64,000 bases of DNA from positions 8,618,001 through 8,682,000 of the forward strand of contig OZ116704.1 in assembly GCA_964199315.1 (NCBI GenBank), read 5' to 3'. Below, one piece after another: positions 8,301 through 17,295 of this stretch (the stretch's first letter is position 1; the number at the start of each line of letters is the position of its first letter). The notes under the pieces are model-generated. The model was not told the origin of the DNA. It saw nothing but the letters and a program-made list of their open reading frames with translations, and ran no database searches. Origin of the DNA: Orbicella franksi. Taxonomy: Eukaryota. A program made the translations under genes and the position numbers.

Positions 8301-10917
8301 CAAAAAGCTCGAAAAGATGAACGCAGCCAAAGACCACGAAATTGGAGATTTGAAGGACGATCTTGCAGATCGTGATAGGAGAATTGCCGAGTTGGAGGAC
8401 GAACTGGAAAATCAGGATGTCACTGACGCTGGGCCACTAGACTCAGTTAACATAGACATCAGAGGAGACTCAGAAGCACTTCAACGGGCTCTGGATGAAA
8501 AAGCAGATGCGGTGAAAGAAGGTCAGAGGTTGAAAAGCAAATTGTGGACTATAGAGCACGACATGGAAATTCAGAAGACAAAAGAAGCTCAGCAAGAAAA
8601 AATGGTAGCTGAAGTGAATAACATGAACGACAAATTGAAGGACGAAATACGACAGCTAAAGAAAGGAACTTGGGACCAACAAGGGTCATACAACAAGCTC
8701 ATTAAAGAGAATAGCGAGCTCGCCTACCAAGTTAACACGTTGAAAGAAGACAAAGAAGACTTGGACAAAGACATTCAAGAACTCCGCGATGAGCTGAACG
8801 ACGTAAGAGGAGAAAATAGAAAATTAATGATAGAGAACAAAGACCTCAAGATGGACCTGCAGCAGTTAGAAATCAAGCTGCACGAATTGGAAATTGGACA
8901 CAAGCTTGCAAAGGACGACAACGAGAAAATCAGGAGTGATCTGTTACAGACTCAGAGCGAGAATGCAGATTTGAAGGACAGCTTGAACAGGCGTGATGAT
9001 GAAATGATCCAGGTGCAAGCAGTAGCTACAGTGGAAAGTGCCCCACCCATGATGTTCGAAGATGACGTGGATGGAATAAAACGGGACAAAGACAAACTGC
9101 AAATTGAGCTAGAGGCGGCGGAAGATCAGGTTAAAATGCTGCACGACGAACTTGACGACAAGCAGGCCAAAAATGACCAGATTCAAGTCGAGCTGACAGA
9201 AGCCAGAAGAAGACTCAAAGAAGACGAAGCAGACATCAAGAAGCTAGACGCTGAAATCGAAAATCTACGCCACGAGCTGGATCTAGCGAACCAAAACTGC
9301 GACGATCAACGAACCGAGAATCAAAATCTTTTGGAAGCAAAGGAAAATCTTCAGACAGAGGTGACCGATTTGCGTGCAGATGTGAAAGATATGGAGACAG
9401 AACTACAAAAACTAGCTAAGGTGAAAGCTGATTTGGAACGAGAGCTGAAGAGAGCCGGTCAAGCACCCATAGAAAGGCGACCTTCACGAGATCTTCACAA
9501 CGAAAAAGAAAAGAAGATCAGAGAACTGTCAGAAAAAGTCGTACAGTTGGAGCGGGATATACAGAAGGGTGGATACGAACTGACATCACTGAGAGAAGAG
9601 AATGATGACTTGCAAGAGAAGATAAATAGCCTAAGGGATGAGAACAACTTCCTCCATTCCAAGTTGTCCCAGCTTGAACATGATAACAGGAGAGATAATA
9701 ACAAGATCGTTGAACTCGAAAAAGAGAAGCAAGAACTGCAAGATATGTTAGACAACAGCAGTGGCGGAATCGATTCCGGGAGAGACAAAGACCTGACGAC
9801 AGAAGAGAACAAGACATTGTTAGAGAGAAACAAAAAGCTGCAAAATGATCTAGAACATCTCAAGCAGGAAAAAGCCAACATGAAGAGGCAACTGGATGAG
9901 TACAATAGGAGGTTAGATGATAACTCGAATCAGCTAGCCGTTCAGATTACGAAATTTGTTGGAGATCAGAGCGAGACATTCAGGAAAGACGCCCAGGAGA
10001 AAGACAACAAAATTGATAAGCTGCAGCAAGAGAAGTTGGAAGTAGAAAAGAAGTTAGAAAGTCTGACAGAGGAGTTGGATGCAGCACAATCTAATCTCAG
10101 CGACATTCAGAACCAAAATGAAATTCTTCAGGAGGACATAAAGACCTTAAAGGAGGACAAAGCCAAGCTGGATAACAAACTTATTGAAGAAATGAACTTC
10201 AGCAAGGTCAAGACCGCTGAGCTGGAGGCCGAACAGGATATTCTTAAGAACAAGATTAAGGACAAAGACGATCTTGTCAAAAAGTATGAAAAACAACTTC
10301 AGCAGCTCCGAGAACAGTTGGCCATGTCTGTTCCCAGCGACCAGGCCTCAACCACTTTGATACTGGATGTAGACAAGCGTCGGAAGCAGCGCCAGCACAG
10401 CCTGATGCTGTCCTACCAAGAGGGTTTGATGAACAGGCCAGGTGGACTGTACCGCTCGACAAGTGAAAGCAGTCTCCCCAACGGCGACATCTCCAGGTCA
10501 AGCGACAGCGGCAAAAGCGACTTAGAGCACTCTCAGATTGGCGAACTCCTCAGTAAAGAGATCCCGCAGAGTAGACGAAACAGGGACAGCGCACCCAGAG
10601 ACCACGTAGGTGAGACGGTTGAGGCTACCTCAAAGGTCACTACAGAGTCAGAGCCTGATTATGCCGCACAGTTACGCAGCAGCACGCCAGTCGACGATAA
10701 TGAAGATATAAAGAGCAGCAGGAGACCATCTGATAGAGATTCTGGAAGCCAACGTTATGGAGGTTACCGGGACAGTGACAGCACTCGAAGCAGAGTCAGT
10801 AGCGGTAGAGACAGAGACCGAGATTCAGACAGCATCAGAGGCCGTGAGTCAGACAGGGCTGACAGGCGTTCCGAACGTGGAAAGGACCGCAACAGATCTG
10901 AATGCCAGCAGAATTAG
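2332..10917 (+). CDS. Giant coiled-coil protein A (2861 aa from ATG 2332), coded within one exon; C-terminus CQQN
   Basis: Uninterrupted 8.6 kb ORF, E/K/L/D/Q-rich heptad-type sequence with rare Pro-containing breaks. Splice acceptor ttactttgcattgcag| at 2247/2248; ATG context agcatcATG matches B (agcaccATG). Colinear with paralogue B over its whole length, with many synonymous differences. No orthologue recognised. Confidence 0.9.
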   Translation: MSSRRRSTGRNLPADPRTTTVIKNEEAGIALITATNHEWEEEYQRLLLEHRDLKENYDKMESKYQEIQKENVKVTRHMELSIEKFNREKDGLIRQKEELNIQNEKLRSDVREKGGKIGDLQKALVESQKKADSRKEELFTKTKQLEKLEILINGLQNHTIPELKQKLNKSEADMEIFKEKSKQLNVDLDKAEEKNDEDQQTIEKLRKEKNALIEKLARAERETREAEDARHKEEDKVVNLQNKEISLHDKISQLDAELLAAESKIRDLENELNRRLAEPVEKSYNINVVESEPALQSAPPSFSFGDHYDKEQFEMLEKKVKDLADKNKRFEDENLGLKGKLDMASKDINKWEKKYEDENREKSKIAALLENEKGNYGRLKNEYNELKSQLAKAERTIEHDKKEMARKDRIIEELRAKILQLEQDVEDREGTIAKLEMKLEQLEKEMEKLHEATLEHQKKYGDLDSDYKVSEKEKESVQRDLDQVSIKIAELESKLRESEEEKNYLHKENADLRQKRLRLEDDLDTINKDKTVFENQVQDWSDQSSKHRKVADNMKKKLAQAQDEAEQYKKELAQNNNKIDELNKKLFDLNSLYDTSQTDLSSAQDNSAFKDDEIKHLNKKIDNKENEISKLEAQLEKTTKERDNAEVELAGVLEKLQHMEPKRTTNDEVFKPAEVTYSYQQPDLETDLAPLRQRIYELDNENNRLKKIEEHLQSDIKDRLVQIAALDRENTKVKAENEDWERKANDMKRKIHALEKEEDELMDTNTDLRERLDDLSPEVDKLQKKVETLTLERDRLKEYLSESNFKFTQSKEDYNKKSLDFSEQVKVNSTLGKTVKKHEATMESLTQKCKMLEEELEDLRPELKAALAKNETLETENKELDSRNKIQKRKIDDLQKELREEIEAKELLQQDVDSLGYKLNVADANNKALTKQRNDLQSQIDDLESKLRKIKPELEQCRNKLKDKDRIISRLQSDLKDKDSQLTAAKRKINTLDETCTSLRKEAEAHKSASEINRNRVKELQIQLQEMGNSMQTAVANVSVVHSAPPQSFREERLRSTPDERIHDLETLLKKSEAREDQLRDQLQRLENRLPIAEKDAKKAQDKISELQPSVTNLQRKLEDLRKVLDRSNREKEDAKKELMEAQTQLTVLKTKGEADANEISSLKSQLEQANRRLAENHEKLLAIDEEHVHLRLLADGHNKDKDDLKTAYERLQIKKNELENTVEIKESNLKSSQHACDTLREEKIKAQQELNELRRTTLVDLKRNLTRMQGERDRALEDGRMAMSKIEDLENQLAEAMTKRKELERDNDDLEAEIRQLKNEIETNRKKIEDLEDKIEVLNLELERDEKDIDSLKEEKIKLEDECADLQVKLAEKQDVINIAPMQVANVETTYAAAPGFDFGSDPDALRDLEDENMDLKEKLQRGEMEYDVLREQLNDYKNKLGDSEGKCQRLETNLKDKDNRLQELEKTLPEAVEELNLVTDKYHSAERELELLKDELQDAQTKLSSAEAQQAAGFAKLRTLQQQLEAAQKDLLDKNDDVIEKQRKINELYAILESGGKDSDRLKQVIEELREDVDLKDRENAKLQKDIRITQENLAKLQAALEDMEGRLNDTENEREEYKMKADGLEVEIEMRDKVLEEAQHEVDETRDKLKAAKKEIDALRSQLKEANVSLKAATDEKRILEKRIAELQAIIEQLRKELSAKNTAITPKSGTSDAYLNELRNKLAEYRTKYQEVCNEKMRLELELREKDVKISQVSGPSDTLREERDRLKDEVIKLQGTLKETKKNYQKAQRDIEELQRRLVSKDSEIKRSEDKIAKLEEEKEKMKKDYANLEKKNSDLKVEYEKLKYEKNKAENELSLLKKKFQALQNQINTVDVPRQKQDVVSRKKYQELEASCQDALREKERAKSDMAAYRTKMARLEAEMNEQKREKDVLEDEKHRLRNSEAELKNKLQTSRDRHKEDKDKMLEWRKNNFSPLEQELQRTKGLIKKLEKMNAAKDHEIGDLKDDLADRDRRIAELEDELENQDVTDAGPLDSVNIDIRGDSEALQRALDEKADAVKEGQRLKSKLWTIEHDMEIQKTKEAQQEKMVAEVNNMNDKLKDEIRQLKKGTWDQQGSYNKLIKENSELAYQVNTLKEDKEDLDKDIQELRDELNDVRGENRKLMIENKDLKMDLQQLEIKLHELEIGHKLAKDDNEKIRSDLLQTQSENADLKDSLNRRDDEMIQVQAVATVESAPPMMFEDDVDGIKRDKDKLQIELEAAEDQVKMLHDELDDKQAKNDQIQVELTEARRRLKEDEADIKKLDAEIENLRHELDLANQNCDDQRTENQNLLEAKENLQTEVTDLRADVKDMETELQKLAKVKADLERELKRAGQAPIERRPSRDLHNEKEKKIRELSEKVVQLERDIQKGGYELTSLREENDDLQEKINSLRDENNFLHSKLSQLEHDNRRDNNKIVELEKEKQELQDMLDNSSGGIDSGRDKDLTTEENKTLLERNKKLQNDLEHLKQEKANMKRQLDEYNRRLDDNSNQLAVQITKFVGDQSETFRKDAQEKDNKIDKLQQEKLEVEKKLESLTEELDAAQSNLSDIQNQNEILQEDIKTLKEDKAKLDNKLIEEMNFSKVKTAELEAEQDILKNKIKDKDDLVKKYEKQLQQLREQLAMSVPSDQASTTLILDVDKRRKQRQHSLMLSYQEGLMNRPGGLYRSTSESSLPNGDISRSSDSGKSDLEHSQIGELLSKEIPQSRRNRDSAPRDHVGETVEATSKVTTESEPDYAAQLRSSTPVDDNEDIKSSRRPSDRDSGSQRYGGYRDSDSTRSRVSSGRDRDRDSDSIRGRESDRADRRSERGKDRNRSECQQN

Positions 10918-11008
10918 GTACAGGAATCAAATAACTGTTGTCAGGATTTATGAACTCTCACAGCAGTGTTCATCTAAACTGTAGTTCAGCACACCATTTC
11001 TTACTTAG

Positions 11009-11053
11009 CTGTCCAAAGAGGAAAGCAGCAGAGCAAAGTGCCAGCAGAATTAG
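11009..11053 (+). other. Putative alternative terminal mini-exon LSKEESSRAKCQQN*
   Basis: Acceptor catttcttacttag| at 11008. Phase-0 reading ctg tcc aaa gag gaa agc agc aga gca aag tgc cag cag aat tag. The 19 nt tgccagcagaattaggtac is identical at 10903-10921 and 11039-11057. Confidence 0.4.
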
Positions 11054-12361
11054 GTACCAAAATTACAAAACTATATCTAATCACTACCGTAGGTTGTACT
11101 TCAAAAGTAGTCTTGACTTGAGCTTAAATGTGTTACGCCCTTTTTGGTTAGATGATAAGTCGTTTTTTACTGATTTGGTGGTCAATGCTGATCACAATGA
11201 AAGAGCGCTCAATAAGACTCGAAAAGACCAGAGAAGAACTACAACTACTTTTATATCTTAGGGTCTTTAATATTTAGTTACACTGTCACCGGATAGACAC
11301 GACGACCGTAGAAAGTAAAAAGGTCCTTAGTACATAATTATTAGGATCCTCGTAGTCCAAGCCATTTTAGTTGGCTACAAGTATTTTTTTGAATCATTAT
11401 TTCTTACACAGTAATAGGGCAACGTGAGATCAGTTGAATGTACCTGGGGGTCCAAAAGCGTGGGGCTGCGAGACTAAAATCTAACCTTGCGCTTGGTTTA
11501 TACGTCCTCTTTAGAAAGAACAGAATATAAGGCAAGGAATTTAACCCTTCAGAAAAGATATTTCTATTAGATATCTTCAGTTGGAACTACAGGTTCAAAA
11601 CGTAAATTGAGGATGCCTTTTGAAATGCAAGATTCCAAATTATATTTCTACCTGTTCAAGCGGCGTCCAACTAACATGCACGTTGACAACAAAGTCAGAC
11701 TTGTTTTTATTACGCTAATGTAATTTCGCCGTATTATGGCAAATTTTTCGCATTATTTTCATTAATATCTATCTCGATGTTATAGCCTTAACCTATTCGT
11801 TTGGCAGGATAATAGAATTCGAATGCAAACTAGGAAATTCGTTCGATCTAATTATGCAATGACTAATTTCAGTACACAGTCCGTAGTTACTTACTGCGAA
11901 GGAAGATCGACTTCAGCGTGTACTATCCCCTAAGCGTTCTAGTGATGCCCATCCAGTATGTTTTAAGGCGTGTACGTCACCCTGTATCACAGAAAATTGC
12001 AGTCGGGTGACGTTTGTATCATAAGTTCATAACATGAAGAAAGAATTGCTTCAGAGGAAAATAATCTCGGAATGAAAACAAAGCTTCTTTTAATCCTTCC
12101 TGGCGCGTGCCTTGATCCCAGTAATTCTACGTGTAATACTGTGGGCACACGAAACAAAGCACACTTATTGAGGGATGACCTTTGATGAAATTTGTTTATG
12201 TATAACTTAGAACTCCATTATCCTTGTAGACGAACTAGTTTTTAAACAACCTCGTCCGCGTAGTGGGCGAAGGCTGTGCTATACTTAGAAATGAATATAG
12301 CATTTTTTGCTGATGTATACTAATAAAAGTCTTTTGTTTTCTTAACAATGCGCCTTTGGAA

Positions 12362-12664
12362 AATAAGTCTGCATACAAGCCAAGTGGCGACCATCAGATG
12401 CAGGCCTGCGCTTACTTCCGGTTTCAGTAGCATGAAGAAACTAGGAGTATTTCTACTCTCCCCTGGATGGGATGCTAGTCCTTCGCAGGGTTATCCCCAC
12501 AGCATTAAATTCGCCGGTATCCATTTATACACCTGGCTGGAGAGAGACGCTGTGAGAGTAAAGTGTCTTGCCCAAGAACACAACACAATGTCCCCGGCCA
12601 GGGCTCGAACCCGGACCGCTCAATCCGGAGACGAGCGCACTAACCATGAGGCCACCGTGCCTCC
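12362..12664 (-). mobile_element. Full-length tRNA-derived SINE
   Basis: Minus-strand head ggaggcacggtggcctcatggttagtgcgctc (A-box-like) and gggttcgagccc (B-box), then gtgttcttgggcaagacactttactctcac core and tail. ~300 bp. Confidence 0.85.
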
Positions 12665-13071
12665 TGCCATGATGAGGTACAAAAGCATTGTAAAAGTAAC
12701 TTCACCTTCTAAGACACAAGATCAAAATGATAAATCTCCTTATAGGCTGAAAACAAACTTATTAACTACAGACAATTATATAAAATCTCCATACCCATCT
12801 TTCGATGCTTGCTACGAGAAGTTCCCAGTTTACCAAGACATAACTGCATAATCCCCTGATTAACAGTTTTGTGTACTGCTGCTGCCTGTCAAACAAGGGA
12901 GAAATTAGATTTTCATCACTTTCAACAAATGAAGTTAATCTTCTAGTCCCTTACTTTGTAATACAAACTAAAAGACATGAAGTTTTGGCAAATATGTTTT
13001 GATTTATCTGGACTTAAAGTTGTTAATAATTGAATGTACATGTATGAGCTCTGGATATGGTTTGACTGCCA

Positions 13072-13531
13072 CCCGTGGGGGGGGGGGGGGGGGGGACTCC
13101 CAGAAAAAATTGGGTGCGGGTGTCTGGCCCGCGTCCCAAAACCCTCACCCTTTTTCTGACCAAAATCTGCGATATTCCCTACCCTATTTATGACCTGACC
13201 TGTAAATCAAAACTCTGTTTCAGACCTGCGTTATAATTACTTCCCTAGTTCAGACCAATGTTAAATTACTGTAAACATATTTTGTGAAGGGCTTTTGTTG
13301 ATTTTCTTTTCGATAATGATGAAAAAGTGGCTTTTTCTTAAAAACATACCCGTATCAAGGCTAGAGTGCAAAAATCATACCCTATTTATGACCAAAATGG
13401 CCAAAATCAGCTAAAATCGATACCCTATTTATGACCAAACCAGCTGAAAAACCATACCCTTTGGGGCCGGACAGACCTATATAGCCCATATAAGGGAGTA
13501 ACCCCCTAGCCCTGCCCCCCTACCCCACGGG
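13072..13531. mobile_element. MITE with 8-bp TSD
   Basis: TSD GACTGCCA at 13064-13071 and 13532-13539. Termini CCCGTGGGG / CCCCACGGG, inner ggggactccc / gggagtacccc. Internal repeats of accctatttatgacc. Confidence 0.85.
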
Positions 13532-14225
13532 GACTGCCACTTATATAGTTTAGCAATAACAAAAGTAATGAAATGAAAAATGAATTTCAGATTGATTCTT
13601 TAAGTTTTCATGAACTACCAGAATTTTTAGGTGTGGCACATTCCTCAATTGTTGCTGTTTTTCCTCAATCAAAAACCAAGCACAAACTGGTTGAGTTGCA
13701 TGTGTCATCAGTAACATACCGATGTACTCGCCAAATTAGCGAGGCAAAAGTTCATTTCAGATTTTGAAAACATTCAAGGTTAGAAATACTCACTCAGTGA
13801 AATAATTTTGTTATCCCTCTGAATTCAATTATTATTCTGTTAAGGCAATTTAGCTTTGTTGTCAGTGGTAGCTCCATTTGATGGGCCGAAATAAAAGACA
13901 CAATGAACCTTTGTCTGGATAAACATTTGGCTATGGGTGAAGAACCCATAGCCGCTTTAATAATCACCATTGTTTTGAAAAACTACAGTAACAATAATAA
14001 TAAATGCTCTGCCCATCAAAGGTGAGGGCAATGAACCCACTTTAGTAACGTGGGCAGCCCCACCCAACCAGTGACAACAAAGCAAGCTGAAAGAAAAGCT
14101 AAATAAAAAGGGGCTTAGCTTGGCAACTGGTTAAACAGACTACAACCACAAAATTTAGGGTTGTAAACAAATTGCCCCTTGCAGAACAGGGTTATATTGA
14201 GTGAAAACAACCCATAAGAAAGCGC

Positions 14226-14595
14226 AACAGCCACCCCTGTAGACCGTTCATCACTGCATAAAAACAGCCATACTACAAACACTATCAAGGCTGAACAGTC
14301 ACCCCTATAGACTGCTCAGAGTGTATCAGAAAAGCCAAACTACAAAAACTATGAAAGCTTAACAGCCACCCCTGTAGACTGCTCAGCAGTGTATAAAAAC
14401 ACCCACGTTACAAAAGCTATTAGAGCTGAACAGCCACCCCTGTAGACTGCTCAGCATTGAATAAAAACAGCCATATTACAAAACTATTAAGGCTGAACAG
14501 CCACCCCTGTAGACTGCTCAGCAATGTATAAGAACATCTATACTATAAAAAATATGAAAGTTGAACAGTCAGTCCTGTAGACTACTCAGCAATTT
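14226..14595. repeat. Minisatellite, ~6 copies of a 67-68 bp unit
   Basis: aacagccacccctgtagactgctcag core starts at 14226, 14294, 14361, 14429, 14496 and 14564. Confidence 0.9.
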
Positions 14596-14806
14596 GCATG
14601 GAGCAGCCGTATTCCCAAACTAACAGCTTGTGCTAGAAGGTGCACCGTGAAGACTGGGAACACTCAGTAAAGTGATTATTAATTTATTTTCATTTCCAAC
14701 ACTTTGAACAGAGATGGATTATGAAAAAGAGAGGCTATTGCAGGTTCTTTTTCTTTTTTTTTGGACAAAAATTTCTCTCAGATCCTGGAGTAATGTAATA
14801 TGACAT

Positions 14807-14997
14807 TGTGCAGTTCCACAAAAATATCCATACTCTCCCCACAAAAGGCATTGGAACTTTCTGAGGGTAAGGGTTTCTGTAAGATAAAATAAATTCACTA
14901 AATGCATGAAACTTAATTGGAATTTCCTGACTGGTGGGGGGTCTTAGAAAAACATCTTTCTGTGGGGGAGGTTATGGATATTTTTGGGAACTACACA
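14807..14997. mobile_element. MITE
   Basis: Imperfect TIRs tgtgcagttccacaaaaatatccatactctccccaca / tgtgggggaggttatggatatttttgggaactacaca. Confidence 0.75.
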
Positions 14998-15477
14998 TGT
15001 ATTGTAATAGAGTATAAAATCAACAATTTGAAAGAAAACACTGCACATTTTAAGTGGTGTAAGCTAGATTTCCACTCTGGTTATTTCCTTTCTCTCATCA
15101 CATTGACTTCCAGTTTGCATTACTTCACCCTAGGTAAATAAACATTCAAAATCTATAATTATAACTAGCTTGAAATTATTTCAAGTCCTTTATCAAATCA
15201 CAATGGATAGTTCAATAAAATTCATAACAGGGTATGGTCCAACAGAAAATATGCTGAGCTGAGGCTAGGATCCTGTGAGAGGCTATGTGTTACAAAAAGA
15301 AGCAGGTATGAAAGAAGGGACTTTTTTCTGGTAATGCCTCCGTAAAACTTTCCATCTGGCTATTGACCCAGACATGTGCAAATGCACACTCCACTGATAT
15401 ACCATTCAACATTTTCTTGACAAAGTTAGTTCTTTAACCTGTAAAAAAGACCTCGTTTAGTGCCGTATATATAATTA

Positions 15478-15645
15478 TATCTTATTGATCTGGCATGAGG
15501 GCCATACTCAGGGAGAATAACAACATGAGGTCTTGAAAGTACAGACTGAGCACAGTGAGGTCTTTTTAAAAAGATGAGAGGTTGATATTTCTCCCAGTAC
15601 AGTCCTGAGCAAGCTTGGTTAATGAGAGATTTATTACACGACTGT
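15478..15645. repeat. Degenerate palindromic interspersed repeat
   Basis: Imperfect inverted arms 15499-15524 (ggccatactcagggagaataacaac) and 15581-15605 (gttgatatttctcccagtacagtcc). Resembles a common anthozoan repeat, from memory. Confidence 0.55.
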
Positions 15646-16220
15646 AACTACCCAAAAATCTTCTTTAGTGATCTTACGCAGGGAAAGGTACATGATGTAG
15701 GACAGTGGAATGTAGGGAGTGGACCTGCTGGTCACATGCCCCACCAACTCCTCCCACTTACAAGGGCATAGCTCTGGAAATCCAGAAATATTACATATTT
15801 GTATACTAATTTATGGAAAGCATCTTCAATAATTAAACTGGCAAGTTAAACAGTCTCTAGCTAGTTTTTCCTATCAATTATCCCAGTTGACTTATAGGTA
15901 ATATTACTGAATGACTAAATAAACAACGTTTTCCATGTTCTGTTCCAATTGGAAAACTTGGGAAATGGCATTTCTGAGCCACCAAAAATAAAAATCTCTT
16001 TGGGGATTCTGTCCTCAAACTCTCTTAGCATTGGTTACAAATAAACACAATTGCAGAGATGAATGACCAGGATGGTTTTTGAGTTTTCTAAATTACAGGG
16101 GCAGGAGCACGACAGAAAATGGCAGGATTTGGGAGATGAAGGTACAGGAGGTGGGACAGCATGCAGGCTACAGGAATACCCACCTGGGTGTATTAACAGA
16201 TATGCTAAAAAAAGCTTCAA

Positions 16221-16320
16221 TACCGTAAATTCTTGAATTAGCGCCCAGGGAGCTTATTTCAAATTTAGGACAAGACGGGGGGCGCTTATTTAAGGGGGGG
16301 GGAGGGCGCTTATTTAATTA
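16221..16320. mobile_element. MITE fragment with TACCGTA terminus and ggggcgcttattt subterminal repeats
   Basis: taccgtaaattcttgaattagcgccc followed by repeated (g)ggcgcttattt. No matching right end seen. Confidence 0.45.
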
Positions 16321-17137
16321 TTGCCATATCGTGGCCTGACATGACAATTTTTTTTATACATCATGCATCTACTCGTAAACAACAACAATTATGTTTTCAG
16401 ATCGATGGGTTACCACATTTTCTAAGGTATAGGGTTCCGCTTGCGCGCCTTCGGCGCGCAGGAGCTCCGCTATTAAGCTTAAAGGTGCGTAGTCACTCTT
16501 ACCTCATCAGAGACGCAGGCTCACCTACGATATGGCGCGGAGTTTTACCAGGCCTCTAAGGCGCTCGTTGATGGGTGACCGAAGAAAAATAGGTCTGCAA
16601 TGCATATTTATGGTCGTCAAAGGGGGGTGTGGACAAAACGTGGGGTAGGCCATGGCCTACCCTATGGCCTACCGGTGGTCAGATTTTTAACAACATAAGA
16701 GAGTCGAATGAGTAACAGATGTATTTACCTATTTATGAAGATGTTAATATAAATAATTTTAAGACTATTGCTCTTGCAGCCATTAAATCTTTTGTATAAT
16801 GTATATTCAGACGTCCTAACTTATCTCGACAAGATTATACTTAATCTATTATATTTTATCTTTTACTAACTTATAATTTTTACTGTATATATACATATTG
16901 TAATTATTTATTACGTGCTTTTATTATGTTGTTTTCAACTCCTAGTAAAGTTCCACTGTTTCAGGAGTATACTTATTAAAGATTTAAAGATTAAAGATGT
17001 ATCCCTTTTATCAGCCACTTCTGATAACCAAAATTATCTTCTCAATTTCGTAGCCACGAAAATAAATAAATGGACTGTGAATCTGTTAGAGAAAGTAATT
17101 CTTTGAAACTTCTCTTAAATGAAAAAAAGAACTTTGC

Positions 17138-17295
17138 ATTGATGGATTTGATTGATTTTTGGTTGATTGACCGATGGTCACACCTTTTTGTCCTCTCAGA
17201 ACTCACATTTCGTCAAAAAAAATAATTGTATTGATGGATTGATTGGTTGGTTGATTGATGGTCACACCCTTTTTGTCCTCTCAGGACTCACATTT
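17138..17295. repeat. Imperfect direct duplication of ~70 bp
   Basis: ttgatggatt(t)gattg...gatggtcacacc(c)tttttgtcctctcag(a/g)actcacattt at 17138-17210 and 17230-17295. Confidence 0.8.

Noticed and set aside
12348-12851. 167-aa ORF
   Set aside because: Mostly the antisense reading of a tRNA-derived SINE. Other short ORFs over MITEs (12999, 31474, 33007, 45740, 51854) were rejected for the same reason.
14226-14595. CRISPR-like repeat-spacer appearance (26-bp core plus ~41-bp linker)
   Set aside because: The 'spacers' are homologous to one another, there are no cas genes and the context is eukaryotic. It is a minisatellite.
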